Assembly (NCBI GenBank): GCA_963702475.1
Contig: CAVPCT010000004.1
Location: 384,001 to 448,000 of the forward strand
DNA: 64,000 nt
From: an uncultured Thermoleophilia bacterium
GTDB lineage: Bacteria > Actinomycetota > Thermoleophilia > UBA2241
Reading direction: 5' to 3'
Position numbers and translations under genes: made by a program. The notes beneath the pieces are model-generated. The model did not search any database and was not told the DNA's origin. It saw nothing but the letters and a program-made list of their open reading frames with translations. Below, piece by piece: positions 40,723-50,650 of this stretch (the stretch's first letter is position 1; each line of letters opens with the position of its first letter).

Positions 40723-42521
40723 GCTCGCGCCGCCCGCGCCTCTTCTGGCGCCTCTTCGCCACGTATCTCGCCGTCATCGTGCTGTGCGCCGCGGCGATCG
40801 GCGCGTTCGCCGTCTCGTCGGCGCGGAGCTTCTACATGACCCACACCGAGGCCGAGCTGCAGGCCCGCGCCCAGCTGGTGCGGGAACAGGTCGTGCCGGG
40901 GCTGGATACCCTGTCCGCAGGCGAGCTCGAGTCGCTGATCCTGAGACTGGGGGCGGCCTCCGGTACACGGCTCACGCTCATCTCAGCCGGCTCCGGCGCG
41001 GAGCCCGCCGGCACCGTGCTCGCCGAGTCCGACACCGAGCCCTCTGAGATGGGAGACCACAGCGACCGGCCGGAGTTCCGGGACGCCCTGGTCAGCGACG
41101 TCGGCGTGTCGACCCGGTACAGCACCACTCTCAAGGAAGAGATGATGTACGTGGCCGTGCCGGTCACCCAGGACGGGGAGGTCACGGCCGTCGTGCGCGT
41201 CGCGATCCCACTCACCCTCGTGAACCAGGCGCTCGCCGACCTCTACTGGCGCATCGCCCTCGCCACCGTGGTGGTGGCGGTGCTGGCGGCGCTCATCGGT
41301 CTCTACGTCTCGCGCCGCCTGAGCGGGCAGATCCGCGCCATCAAGGTGGGGGCTGAGCGTCTGGCCGGCGGCGACTTCGCCCACAAGCTGTCCGTGCCGC
41401 GGACGCTCGAGTTCGCCGCCGTCGCCGAGAGCCTCAATTCCATGGCCGAAGAGCTCGATGAGAAGATCGGCACGCTCACGCGCGAGCGCAATGAGAGGGA
41501 GGCCGTGCTGGCCAGCATGGTCGAGGGTGTGCTGGCCGTGGACGCCGACGAACGCATCATCGCGCTGAACGAGGCCGCGGCCGCATTGGCCGGCGTGACG
41601 CCGCAGGCGGCCGAGGGGCATCTTGTGCAGGAGGTGCTGCGGAACCCCGACCTGCAGCACGTCGTCGCCCAGACCTTGTCCGGCCACCAGCCGGTCGAGG
41701 CCGACATCGTCATGCGGGTCGGAGCGGAGGAGCGCTCGCTGCAGGCGAACGGGACGCTGCTGCGCGCCGGCGACGGACAGGCGTCCGCCGGCGCCGTGGT
41801 CGTGCTCAACGACGTGACGCGCCTTCAGCGGCTCGAGGCCGTGCGGCGCGATTTCGTCGCCAACGTGTCGCACGAGCTCAAGACGCCGGTGACGTCCATC
41901 AAGGGCTTCGCCGAGACGCTGCAGGACGGCGCGCTGGACGACCCCGAGACGGCGCGCCGCTTCGTGGGGATCATCGTGGGGCAGGCTGACCGGCTCAACT
42001 CGATCATCGCCGACCTCCTCTCGCTCTCCACGCTGGAGCAGAAGGAAGGCGAGTCGAGGCTCACGCTGGAGAGCGCGGACATCTGTGAGGTGATCCGCGT
42101 CGCCGTCGAGGTCTGCGAGCCCAAGGCGCAGGCCAAGGACATCTCGATCCAGGTGGCCTGCACCGCCTGTACGCTCTCGACCGTCAACGTCCCGCTGCTG
42201 GAGCAGGCGGTGGTGAACCTCGTCGACAATGCCGTCAAGTACAGCCCGGAGGGCAGCTCGGTCCAGGTGGGCCTCATAGAGACCGGCGACGAAGTGGTCG
42301 TCTTCGTGATCGACCATGGCCCGGGCGTGCCGCGCGAGCACCTGCCGCGGCTCTTCGAGCGCTTCTATCGAGTGGACAAGGCCCGCAGCCGTGATCTCGG
42401 CGGCACGGGCCTTGGGCTGGCCATCGTCAAGCACATCGCCCAGGCTCACGGAGGCAGCGTGTCGGTGGACAGCGCGGTCGGGGCGGGAAGCACGTTCCGC
42501 ATCCACATCCCCAGGAGCTGA
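40719..42521 (+). CDS. phoR: PhoR-like sensor histidine kinase (HAMP, PAS)
   Basis: FVANVSHELKTP, NLVDNAVKY, DHGPG, FERFYRVDKARSR..GGTGLGL. Confidence 0.93.
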   Translation: MSSRRPRLFWRLFATYLAVIVLCAAAIGAFAVSSARSFYMTHTEAELQARAQLVREQVVPGLDTLSAGELESLILRLGAASGTRLTLISAGSGAEPAGTVLAESDTEPSEMGDHSDRPEFRDALVSDVGVSTRYSTTLKEEMMYVAVPVTQDGEVTAVVRVAIPLTLVNQALADLYWRIALATVVVAVLAALIGLYVSRRLSGQIRAIKVGAERLAGGDFAHKLSVPRTLEFAAVAESLNSMAEELDEKIGTLTRERNEREAVLASMVEGVLAVDADERIIALNEAAAALAGVTPQAAEGHLVQEVLRNPDLQHVVAQTLSGHQPVEADIVMRVGAEERSLQANGTLLRAGDGQASAGAVVVLNDVTRLQRLEAVRRDFVANVSHELKTPVTSIKGFAETLQDGALDDPETARRFVGIIVGQADRLNSIIADLLSLSTLEQKEGESRLTLESADICEVIRVAVEVCEPKAQAKDISIQVACTACTLSTVNVPLLEQAVVNLVDNAVKYSPEGSSVQVGLIETGDEVVVFVIDHGPGVPREHLPRLFERFYRVDKARSRDLGGTGLGLAIVKHIAQAHGGSVSVDSAVGAGSTFRIHIPRS

Positions 42522-42602
42522 GGGGCAGGGACTCGCTCTGCAACAGCGTCGCGGCTGTCTGCCCGGCTCGGTCATCCCGCGGCGTTCGCGAGCCAGCTCA
42601 CG

Positions 42603-42657
42603 CCTAACGAGGGCGTCACCCTGCGCTCATCGTCGCCTAACGCGGCGAGGCGATACT
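42603..42657 (+). promoter_or_regulatory. Four PHO-box units and -10 upstream of small orphan ORFs
   Basis: CCTAAC (42603), CGTCAC (42614), GCTCAT (42625), CCTAAC (42636); GATACT at 42652. Confidence 0.68.
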
Positions 42658-42666
42658 GAGCGCGCC

Positions 42667-42849
42667 ATGTTGACGCGAAGCATGAAGATACGACGGCAGC
42701 TGCGAAGCGCTCGCGTCTCGGCGCTCTCCGAAGAGGCACGGCGCGCCGAGATGCGCGAGGCCGAGGAGCGCAGGGCGGGACTGGAGAGCGCCCAGCCCAC
42801 GCAGGGGCCCGCCGGCGCTGCTCTCCCGCCCCCGGCCGCCGGCCACTGA
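42667..42849 (+). CDS. Small hypothetical protein (60 aa, basic/helical)
   Basis: ATG 9 nt after the -10 (near-leaderless); MLTRSMKIRRQLRSARVSALSEEARRAEMREAEERR. Confidence 0.5.
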   Translation: MLTRSMKIRRQLRSARVSALSEEARRAEMREAEERRAGLESAQPTQGPAGAALPPPAAGH

Positions 42850-42864
42850 GCGACACTGCGGTCG

Positions 42865-43095
42865 ATGACGCCGACTCCCACGCCGGCCGGCCACGGGCCG
42901 GGCGCGCCGGCGAACGCCCGCGGCGCCGTGCTCCTCGCGTGCGACGTGTGCTTTCACGAGTTCGGTGTCCCCGTGGCCGCGTACAGGTCCCTGTCCGGCA
43001 TCGTGGCGTGTCCCAGGTGTGGGAGTCTGGACCTGGTGCTCATCGATCCGGGCGACGACGTTCCGGGGCGCGACCCGGCTCGCAAGGCCGGCTGA
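42865..43095 (+). CDS. Small zinc-ribbon protein (76 aa)
   Basis: CDVCFHEF...CPRCGS pair of CxxC motifs. Confidence 0.65.
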   Translation: MTPTPTPAGHGPGAPANARGAVLLACDVCFHEFGVPVAAYRSLSGIVACPRCGSLDLVLIDPGDDVPGRDPARKAG

Positions 43096-43152
43096 GGCGC
43101 TCCACCCGCGGGGCGACGTCGGCGGCGCGGATCGAGACCCTCTGCGGCCCCC

Positions 43153-43668
43153 TCAGCCGACCCCGCTGAGGGCCGGCAGGTCCGCCGTCGCCTCCGGGCC
43201 TATCGGACGGCGGAACACGACGCGGTGGCCGCCCCTGCCGGCGTAGTCGAGCCAGACCGGCACCCCGTCGAGCAGGGCGTCCCCGGGCTGGGCCTCGAAG
43301 CCCATCGCGATGTGGAACGCGATCGCATCGCGGTCGGACGGCATCAAGAACGCTCGTACCGTCTTGCGGCCGTGCATCTGGGCGGCGGCGAAGAAGCGTT
43401 CGTACAACCGCCGCCCCAGCCCCAGCCGCCGAAAGGCCGGGTCGACGCCGATGAAGTGCACCGCTGCCTCCTCCGGCCGGGTTTGCGGGAGGAGGCCGAG
43501 GAGCAGCCCCACCAGGTCGCCTTCTGATTCGAACGCGAAGCTGACCTGTGAGAACTGCACGAAGAAGACGCGCGGGAGACGCGGCGTCCTGGGGCGGCCG
43601 TCCCACCAGGCTTCCGTGAGAGCACGGGTACGGTCGTAATCGGAGACACGCACGTGACGCAGGAGCAT
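43153..43668 (-). CDS. GNAT acetyltransferase (paralog of 26703-27242)
   Basis: AGGAGG RBS; WWDGRP, VHFIGVDPAFRRLGLGRRLY, AIAFHIAMGF, DYAG.GGHRVVF. Confidence 0.88.
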   Translation of the reverse strand: MLLRHVRVSDYDRTRALTEAWWDGRPRTPRLPRVFFVQFSQVSFAFESEGDLVGLLLGLLPQTRPEEAAVHFIGVDPAFRRLGLGRRLYERFFAAAQMHGRKTVRAFLMPSDRDAIAFHIAMGFEAQPGDALLDGVPVWLDYAGRGGHRVVFRRPIGPEATADLPALSGVG

Positions 43669-43833
43669 GTCGCACCTCCTCTCGGGGCCGATGCCGCGGT
43701 CGCACGCGGCTCCAGCAGGATGCGCCTTCCCTGTTTGCGGCGCATGCGGAGCGCGTGAGCGTTCCTCCAGTCCGCCGTCCTCACTCTGCTCGTGTGGGTC
43801 GCTCATGCTTCGTGAGTCTGACCGTATCGTGCC

Positions 43834-43877
43834 GTTCACCAGGGTCTCACAGGCCTCTCACAGGCGCTCCCTAGGCT
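43834..43877 (+). promoter_or_regulatory. PHO boxes and -10 of pstS
   Basis: GTTCACCAGGG/TCTCACAGGCC/TCTCACAGGCG (the first matches the Streptomyces GTTCACC core); TAGGCT at 43872. Confidence 0.78.
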
Positions 43878-43945
43878 GCGGCCCATGGGTGCGGCATCGG
43901 ACGCGGCCGTGCCCAGGACCCTGACTATCCGAAGGAGAGGTGCCA

Positions 43946-45007
43946 ATGAGATCGGGCAAGTCACGTGTCACCGCCGTCGCGCTACTCGCGGGGCTCGTCG
44001 CCGTCGTGTTCACGGCGTTCGTCGCCCCTGCTCTGGCTGCGGTGACCATCAACGGTGCGGGCGCCACCTTCCCCGCTCCCCTCTACTACAAGTGGGCCAA
44101 CGACTGGAAGGGCAAGACCGGCAACAAGGTCAACTACCAGGCCATCGGTTCCGGCGGCGGCATCTCCGCCATCAAGGCGGGGACCGTGCTGTTCGGCGGC
44201 TCCGACACGCCGCTCTCCGCCGCCGAACTGAAGGACAGCGGCCTCGTGCAGTTCCCCAGCTGCATCGGGGGCGTGGTGCCCATTGTGAACCTGCCGGGCA
44301 TCGGCAACGGCAAGCTGAAGCTCACCGGCCCGGTGCTGGCGGACATCTATCTCGGCAAGATCACGACGTGGAACCACAAGTCGATCAAGGCGCTCAATCC
44401 CGGCGTGAACCTGCCCTCCACGCGCATCCTGGTCGTCCATCGTTCGGACTCGTCGGGCACGTCGTGGATCTTCACGAAGTACCTCTCCGCCGTCTCGAGC
44501 GAGTGGGCCGGCAAGGTCGGCGCCGACAAGAGCGTCCGCTGGCCGGTCGGTGTCGCCGGCAAGGGGAACGAGGGCGTGGCGGCGCTCGTGAAGCAGACCA
44601 AGGGCCGCATCGGCTACGTGGAGTTCGCCTACTCCGTGCAGTCCCGCATCCCCTGGACGCAGATGAAGAACAAAGCCGGCTCGTTCGTCTCCCCGTCGCT
44701 GGGCAGCTTCTCCGCGGCCGCGAGCGGCGCCACCTGGTCGGCCGCCAACGGGTTCGGGACCGTTCTCGTGAACGCCTCCGGCGCCAAGAGCTGGCCGATC
44801 GCCGGCGCCACGTTCGTGCTCGTCAAGAAGAGCACCGGCGACTACAACACGGCGCACGCGATGTTCCAGTTCTGGGACTACGCCTACAAGAGCGGCCGGG
44901 GTGCGGCGTCTGCTCTCCAGTACGTGAGTATGCCGACCAAGGTCGTCACCGCCGTGGAGAAGGTCTGGCGCTCGCAGGTCAAGGCCGGTGGCAGGGCCGC
45001 GTGGTGA
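43946..45007 (+). CDS. pstS: Phosphate ABC transporter substrate-binding protein
   Basis: GAGATFPAPLY, YQAIGSGGG, RSDSSGTS, GKGNEGV, GYVE. Confidence 0.95.
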   Translation: MRSGKSRVTAVALLAGLVAVVFTAFVAPALAAVTINGAGATFPAPLYYKWANDWKGKTGNKVNYQAIGSGGGISAIKAGTVLFGGSDTPLSAAELKDSGLVQFPSCIGGVVPIVNLPGIGNGKLKLTGPVLADIYLGKITTWNHKSIKALNPGVNLPSTRILVVHRSDSSGTSWIFTKYLSAVSSEWAGKVGADKSVRWPVGVAGKGNEGVAALVKQTKGRIGYVEFAYSVQSRIPWTQMKNKAGSFVSPSLGSFSAAASGATWSAANGFGTVLVNASGAKSWPIAGATFVLVKKSTGDYNTAHAMFQFWDYAYKSGRGAASALQYVSMPTKVVTAVEKVWRSQVKAGGRAAW

Positions 45008-45254
45008 TGTCGGCCTGAGGCCGGCGGACGCGCCACATGCACCGCCGGTCCGGACCATTCGCTGGCAGGCACGCGTCCGTGCCGCCGTGGGTCACACTCC
45101 GCGGCACCAGTCCAGCCGGGAGCGACGGTGTCAGAAGATGGGCGGCGTCCGTCTCGAGGGCGGGGCTCCTCCGGGAGCCCCGCCCGTCGCCTCGGGAGAG
45201 CCCGTGACGCCTTTCCCGAAGGGACCGGCCGTTGCGACCGGCGCTTCGTCCGGT

Positions 45255-45298
45255 GCTGACGAAGCACTAACCGTCCGCTCACATCGCGTGGGTAGCCT
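45255..45298 (+). promoter_or_regulatory. PHO boxes and -10 of pstCAB-phoU
   Basis: GCTGAC (45255), ACTAAC (45266), GCTCAC (45277); TAGCCT at 45293. Confidence 0.68.
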
Positions 45299-45414
45299 GC
45301 CCATCCAGCGCGGGTCAGGCGCGGCCGGCTCGTCGCACGGCCGGGAGTCTGACCCGTTGCGGTACACGCCAAGCATCGTCCACACACTGCGCTGACTCCG
45401 GGGAGGCAGGAACC

Positions 45415-46426
45415 GTGAGCACAGCAGAAACACCCCTGACTTCAGTGACTGCCGGTCCGCGCGGCGCCGAAGCGGCGCCGCGCAGCCGCCGGCTCCGCAT
45501 AGGCGACCCGGTCTTCCGCACGCTCGCCACGGTCTGCGGCATCACCGTGGCGGTCACGATGTTCGGGCTCGCCGCTCGTCCTTGTCTACGAATCGTGGCC
45601 TGCCATCGAGGAGCTCGGCTTCGGCATGCTGACCCACGTCGCCTGGTCGCCGACCACCGGCGAGTACGGGGCCCTGGCAGCTCTCGCCGGCACTGCGCTG
45701 AGCACAGTCGTTGCGATGGTGATCGCCGTGCCGCTCGCCATGGTCATCGCGCTGCTCCTCGTGGAGCTGGTGCATCCGGCCGTCGCGCGCGTGGTCGGCA
45801 CCGGCATCGAGATGCTGGCCGCCATCCCTAGCATCATCTTCGGCATGGTCGGGTTGTTCGTCATCGTTCCCTTCATCCAGGACAGGTTCACGCCATGGGT
45901 GCTCAACACCCCATTGGGCAAGCTGCCTGGGATCGAGCCGGGACCTCAGTTCCAGGGCGGCGGTCTCTCCGTCTTCACTGCCGGCGTCGTCCTGGCGTTC
46001 ATGGTGCTGCCGTTCATCACCGCGGTGTCGCGCGACGTCCTCATGATGGTGCCGAGGGTCACCAAGGAGGCGGGCTTCGGGATGGGCTCCACCACGTGGG
46101 AGGTCATGCGCAAGATCAGCCTGCGCTACGCCAACAGCGGCATCGTGGGCGCCATCTTCATCGGCTTCGGTCGCGCCCTCGGCGAGACCATGGCCGTGGC
46201 CTACCTCATCGGCAGCCTCTACACCGACATGCCGCGGTCCATCTTCGACCCCGGTACGTCCATCGCCTCGCTCATCGCCCAGCAGTTCAGCGAGGCGACG
46301 GACAGGATCCAGGTGAGCGCCCTCATCGAGCTCGGCCTGATCCTGTTCGCGATCACCGTGCTGTTCCAGGTGCTCGCACAGCTCTGGTTGCGCCGCGTGC
46401 GCAAGACGACGGGAGGCCGGGCATGA
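45415..46426 (+). CDS. pstC: Phosphate ABC permease PstC (1-nt frameshift near 45572)
   Basis: The N-terminal TM is in the ORF 45415 frame; the rest (IEMLAAIPSIIFG, GRALGETMAV) is in the ORF 45626 frame. Deleting one base at gccgctc restores a continuous protein. Confidence 0.9.
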
Positions 46427-47403
46427 GAAGGCGGAGCAGCGAAGCTCCCGAGCGGGGCAGCGGAGGGATGCCGGTCTGCGCTGCCTCCGGCCCCGGCGGG
46501 CCGCCCTCGGAGCTGCTCGCGGGTCCTCAGCTGAGGCACCGGTCGTTGGCCGGGCGCAAGGCGGCGGACATCACCGTCAAGGTGTTCTCCTGGATCGGGG
46601 CGTGGATCGGCATCTCCGTCATGGCGTTCGTCGTCATCGAGGTCGTGCGTCGAGGCGCAGCGGCGTGGAACGTGGCCTTCTTCACTCAATCCACGCCGAT
46701 GGACGTGACCTCGACCGCCGGTGGCTTCGCCAACGCCATCGTCGGCACGCTCGTCATCACCGGCATCGCCGCGCTGATGGCCATCCCCGTCGGGTTCCTC
46801 GGCGGCGTCTACCTGGCTGAGTTCGGGCGCAACGGGCGGGTGGCCACCGCCATCCGTTCCATCGCCAACGTGGTCATGGGCGTCCCGTCGATCATCGTCG
46901 GCGTGTTCGCCTTCGCCATCCTCGTGGAGCCGCAGCAACACTACTCCGGTTTCGCCGGGTCGGTGGCGCTGGCGTTCATCATGTTGCCGGTGATGGCGCG
47001 CACCACCGAGGACATGCTCAACCTGGTGCCCAATGAGCTGCGCGAGTCGGGGCTGGCCATGGGCGCGCCGCGCTGGAAGGTCACGCTCGGCGTGGTCTGC
47101 CGCGCGGCGCGCGGCGGCCTCATCACCGGCGCCACGCTCGCCGTGGTGCGCGTGGCCGGCGAGACGGCTCCGCTGCTCTTCACCGCCCTCAGCAGCCCGT
47201 ACTGGATGACGGGCCTCTTTGGCCCGGGCGGTTACTTCGGCGGCCCGGTCGCCAACCTCACCAAGACCATCTACGACTTCTCGGGGTCGCCGTATCCGCA
47301 CTGGCAGACCCTGGCCTGGGGTGGCGCGCTGCTCATCATCGTGTTCGTTCTCGGCATGAACATCCTGGTGAGGCTCCTGTTCCAGCGAGGCAAGGAATGG
47401 TAG
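46423..47403 (+). CDS. pstA: Phosphate ABC permease PstA
   Basis: NAIVGTL, GVPSIIVGVF, VP.ELRE..LAMG, RVAGETAPLLFT; ATGA overlap. Confidence 0.95.
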   Translation: MRRRSSEAPERGSGGMPVCAASGPGGPPSELLAGPQLRHRSLAGRKAADITVKVFSWIGAWIGISVMAFVVIEVVRRGAAAWNVAFFTQSTPMDVTSTAGGFANAIVGTLVITGIAALMAIPVGFLGGVYLAEFGRNGRVATAIRSIANVVMGVPSIIVGVFAFAILVEPQQHYSGFAGSVALAFIMLPVMARTTEDMLNLVPNELRESGLAMGAPRWKVTLGVVCRAARGGLITGATLAVVRVAGETAPLLFTALSSPYWMTGLFGPGGYFGGPVANLTKTIYDFSGSPYPHWQTLAWGGALLIIVFVLGMNILVRLLFQRGKEW

Positions 47404-47429
47404 GGGACGACGGTGACAGCGATGACGCA

Positions 47430-48272
47430 ATGACACAGATGCAGAGTGCACCCACAGTCGTGCCGCCGCGGCTCGAGGTCGCGGAGGCGCGCCGGGAGGT
47501 CAGCGAAGACTTCGAGTCCCTGCCCACCGAGCTCGCCGTGCGCAACCTGGACTTCCACTACGGCAAGGAGCAGGCGCTCTTCAGCAACGATATCGACATC
47601 AAGAAGAACCGGGTCACGGCCGTGATCGGCCCTTCGGGGTGCGGGAAGTCCACCCACATCCGCACGTACAACCGCATCTACAATCTGTACCGCGACCAGC
47701 GGGCCAGCGGCCAGATCATGATGGAAGGGGTCAACATCCTCGGCTCCGTGGACCTGCTGGACCTGCGCCGCCGCATCGGCATGATCTTCCAGAAGCCCAG
47801 CCCGTTTCCGATGACGGTGTTCGAGAACGTCGCCTACGGTCTGCGCCAGCACTACAAGCTGAGCCGCTCCGAGCTTGCCATGCGCGTCGAGGACGCACTG
47901 AAGCGCTCGGCCATCTGGGACGAGGTCAAGCACAAGCTGCACGAGCCGGGCAACGCGCTCTCGGGCGGCCAGCAGCAGCGGCTCTGCATCGCGCGGGCCA
48001 TCGCCGCCGAGCCCGACGTGCTGCTCATGGACGAGCCCTGCTCGGCCATCGACCCGGTCGCGACTGCCAAGATCGAGGAGCTCATCCTCGAGCTCAAGTG
48101 CCGCTACACCATCGTCCTGGTCACGCACAACATGCAGCAGGCGGCGCGCGTGAGCGACTACACGGCGTTCTTCTTCCAGGGTCGCATCGTGGAGTTCGGC
48201 CCCACCACGCAGATCTTCTCGTGTCCTGCCGAGAGGCAGACCGAGGAGTACATCACCGGCCGCTTCGGATGA
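47430..48272 (+). CDS. pstB: Phosphate ABC ATPase PstB
   Basis: GPSGCGKST, FQKPSPFP, LSGGQQQRLCIARA, VTHNMQQAAR, YITGRFG. Confidence 0.96.
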   Translation: MTQMQSAPTVVPPRLEVAEARREVSEDFESLPTELAVRNLDFHYGKEQALFSNDIDIKKNRVTAVIGPSGCGKSTHIRTYNRIYNLYRDQRASGQIMMEGVNILGSVDLLDLRRRIGMIFQKPSPFPMTVFENVAYGLRQHYKLSRSELAMRVEDALKRSAIWDEVKHKLHEPGNALSGGQQQRLCIARAIAAEPDVLLMDEPCSAIDPVATAKIEELILELKCRYTIVLVTHNMQQAARVSDYTAFFFQGRIVEFGPTTQIFSCPAERQTEEYITGRFG

Positions 48273-48285
48273 GACCGGAGTCCCC

Positions 48286-48990
48286 GTGACGCCAGTGACG
48301 CACCTGCAGCGCGAGCTCGACAAGCTCAAACGCAAGATGCTCGGCCTGGGCGCCGTGGTCGAGGAGAACCTCCACCTGGCGTTCCGGGCCATCGAGGAGC
48401 GTGACGAGCTCAGGGCGCGGCGGGTCATAGCCACCGACCTGACGATCGACGACCAGGAGGTCGAGGTCGAGGAGGAGTGCCTCAAGATCCTCGCCCTGTA
48501 CCAGCCGGTGGCCGGCGACCTTCGCTTCCTGGTCGCCGTCATCAAGATCAACAGCGAACTGGAGCGCATCGGCGACCTGGCGACGAACATCGCCGAGCGC
48601 GCACTCTCCCTGATCCAGGAGCCGCCGGTCCCGGTGCCCGCGTGTCTCGCGGTGATGGCCGAGCGCACCGGGTCCATCCTCGAGAAAGCGCTGGACGCGC
48701 TGGTCCAGCAGGACGCGGTCACGGCACGCTGTGTGCTGGGCGCGGACGACGAGATCGACCTCTTGTACCAGAAGCTCATCGCGGACCTCAAGACGAGCAT
48801 CCGCGCCGACATCGGCCGCCTCGACGCGCTCGTCCTCCTGTTCAGCGTGGCGCGGTACCTCGAGCGCCTCGCCGATCACGCTACGAACATCGCCGAGGAC
48901 GTGCTCTACATGGTGGAGGGCGAGATCCACCGCCACCAGACGCCGGATTCCGCGGAGTCGCTCCTGGGTCGGGAGGCGGAGGACCGGTAG
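48286..48990 (+). CDS. phoU: Phosphate signalling protein PhoU
   Basis: QPVAGDLR, ELERIGD..TNIAE, YLERLADHATNIAEDV.Y. Confidence 0.95.
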   Translation: MTPVTHLQRELDKLKRKMLGLGAVVEENLHLAFRAIEERDELRARRVIATDLTIDDQEVEVEEECLKILALYQPVAGDLRFLVAVIKINSELERIGDLATNIAERALSLIQEPPVPVPACLAVMAERTGSILEKALDALVQQDAVTARCVLGADDEIDLLYQKLIADLKTSIRADIGRLDALVLLFSVARYLERLADHATNIAEDVLYMVEGEIHRHQTPDSAESLLGREAEDR

Positions 48991-49156
48991 GCCGAGGTCA
49001 CAGACGCGGCCGCGCCGCTCCGCCGCCGGCCGCATGCCGTCCCTCCTAGCATCAGGATCCTTGCCTCCGGTGCGACGGAGGGCACCCGGCGGCCCGGGCC
49101 TACCCCTACCAGGCCCGGGCCGTCTCTCGTCCGGCCGGCGCGGCGGCCGGCCGGGA

Positions 49157-50650
49157 TCACTGCACGGTGACGGTGGTGGTCGGCGACACGGCCTTGCCGG
49201 CCTTGAAGTAGTACTGGGTGGTCTGCTCCGGGCTGATGCCTTCGCTGTACGCCGAGTACTTGGCCGTGTAGCCGCTGCCCAGACTCTCGGTCTCGACGGT
49301 GGTAGTGACCTCGCGGCTGCGCCAGGCGTCACCGTCGTTGAAGTACATCCGCACCGTCTCGCCCTTCACGAGGGCAGGGTAGATGCGTCCCCTGAGCGTG
49401 AGCCGCTGGTCGGGGGCGATCGTGGTCTTGTCACGGGTGGCGGGGGCGATGGACATGCTGGCGAACTCGGCCCACGTGCTCTTGAGGCCGAGCTTCATGC
49501 GCAGCTCGTTGCCGTCCATGAACTTGACTCCCGAGCTGCTGATGAGCGCGGCCTTGACGATGCGCGGGGACGTGCCGCGCTTGACGGTGTACACGGCGCG
49601 CAGCGTGCCACCCACGCCGAGCGGCTTGGCGACCTCGGCGGCCGTACGGCGCAACGGCCCCCAGTCGTGCAGGGTGGCGTAGGTGTCGTAGGGGTCCTCG
49701 ACGCCCTTGAGGTACGGGATCGACGACGCCCCCGGCCACCCGAACTGGATGCTCTCGGTGTGGCCGCCGGAGCTTGAGAAGTACACGGCCAGTATCGGCT
49801 TCTTGTCGTACACCGGCACCACCCCGGCCGTCTCGCGCACGGCCCTGTCGGTGGACGGGTCCTCGATGCCGACGCCGACGTAGGCCTGGCTGCGCACGTC
49901 GCAGTACACGTCCCAGGATTGGGTGGGCTTGCGCGAGCCCAGGGCGAACGCCCGCGCCGCGCAGGCTTGCGCCTTGAGCGCCTCGATGGGCCACGATGGC
50001 GGAACCTCGTGCGGCACCACGCCGCGCAGGTAGCTCTCCAGCGGCACGACGTTGACCATCATGAGCTTGCCGTCTTCGCGGACCACGCGCAGCACGCCGC
50101 GGTACGCGCCGGTGTCGCCGAGGTCGGTGGGCGTGAGGATGTTCAGCGCCCCCTTGCTCGGCGTGAACGTGACCGGCGAGCTGAACGCCTGCGTCTGGCC
50201 GGCGGCGGTGACCTTGAAGGCGCCGCCGGAGTACGTAGTCACGGCGGTCACACCGCCGGCGATGGACAGGGAGCCGCCGCCGCCCGAGGCCGTGTAGTTC
50301 TGCGCGCAGCTCACCTTCACCGAGCTCAGCGCGCTGGCCAGGCGCACCCGCACGCTGTCGTTGGCGACCTCGTCGAAGCCGATGCCCGTGTAGTAGTGCT
50401 TGAGGATGTCCTTGTACTCCCAGCCGTGCTTCGCGTAACCGTAGGCGCCCCACTGCGACATGCCGATGCCGTGGCCCCAGCCGTGGCCGACGATACGGAA
50501 GGCCACGTCCGTGGTTGCGGCGGAGGCTGCTCCGGGGCACGTCAGGCCGAGCAACAGGATCGCCAGCGCCACCGCCGGGACGACCACGCGGCGGCCGCGC
50601 CGGGTGCGGCGGCGGGGGCCGAGAGGGGATGTGGTGCCGGTCGTGTGCAT
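49157..50650 (-). CDS. SpoIID/LytB domain secreted protein
   Basis: G.GWGHGIGMSQWGA..Y..IL.HYY, YLRGVVP.E...W..EALKAQA.AAR, SQAY.G, SSSGGHT. Confidence 0.9.
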   Translation of the reverse strand: MHTTGTTSPLGPRRRTRRGRRVVVPAVALAILLLGLTCPGAASAATTDVAFRIVGHGWGHGIGMSQWGAYGYAKHGWEYKDILKHYYTGIGFDEVANDSVRVRLASALSSVKVSCAQNYTASGGGGSLSIAGGVTAVTTYSGGAFKVTAAGQTQAFSSPVTFTPSKGALNILTPTDLGDTGAYRGVLRVVREDGKLMMVNVVPLESYLRGVVPHEVPPSWPIEALKAQACAARAFALGSRKPTQSWDVYCDVRSQAYVGVGIEDPSTDRAVRETAGVVPVYDKKPILAVYFSSSGGHTESIQFGWPGASSIPYLKGVEDPYDTYATLHDWGPLRRTAAEVAKPLGVGGTLRAVYTVKRGTSPRIVKAALISSSGVKFMDGNELRMKLGLKSTWAEFASMSIAPATRDKTTIAPDQRLTLRGRIYPALVKGETVRMYFNDGDAWRSREVTTTVETESLGSGYTAKYSAYSEGISPEQTTQYYFKAGKAVSPTTTVTVQ

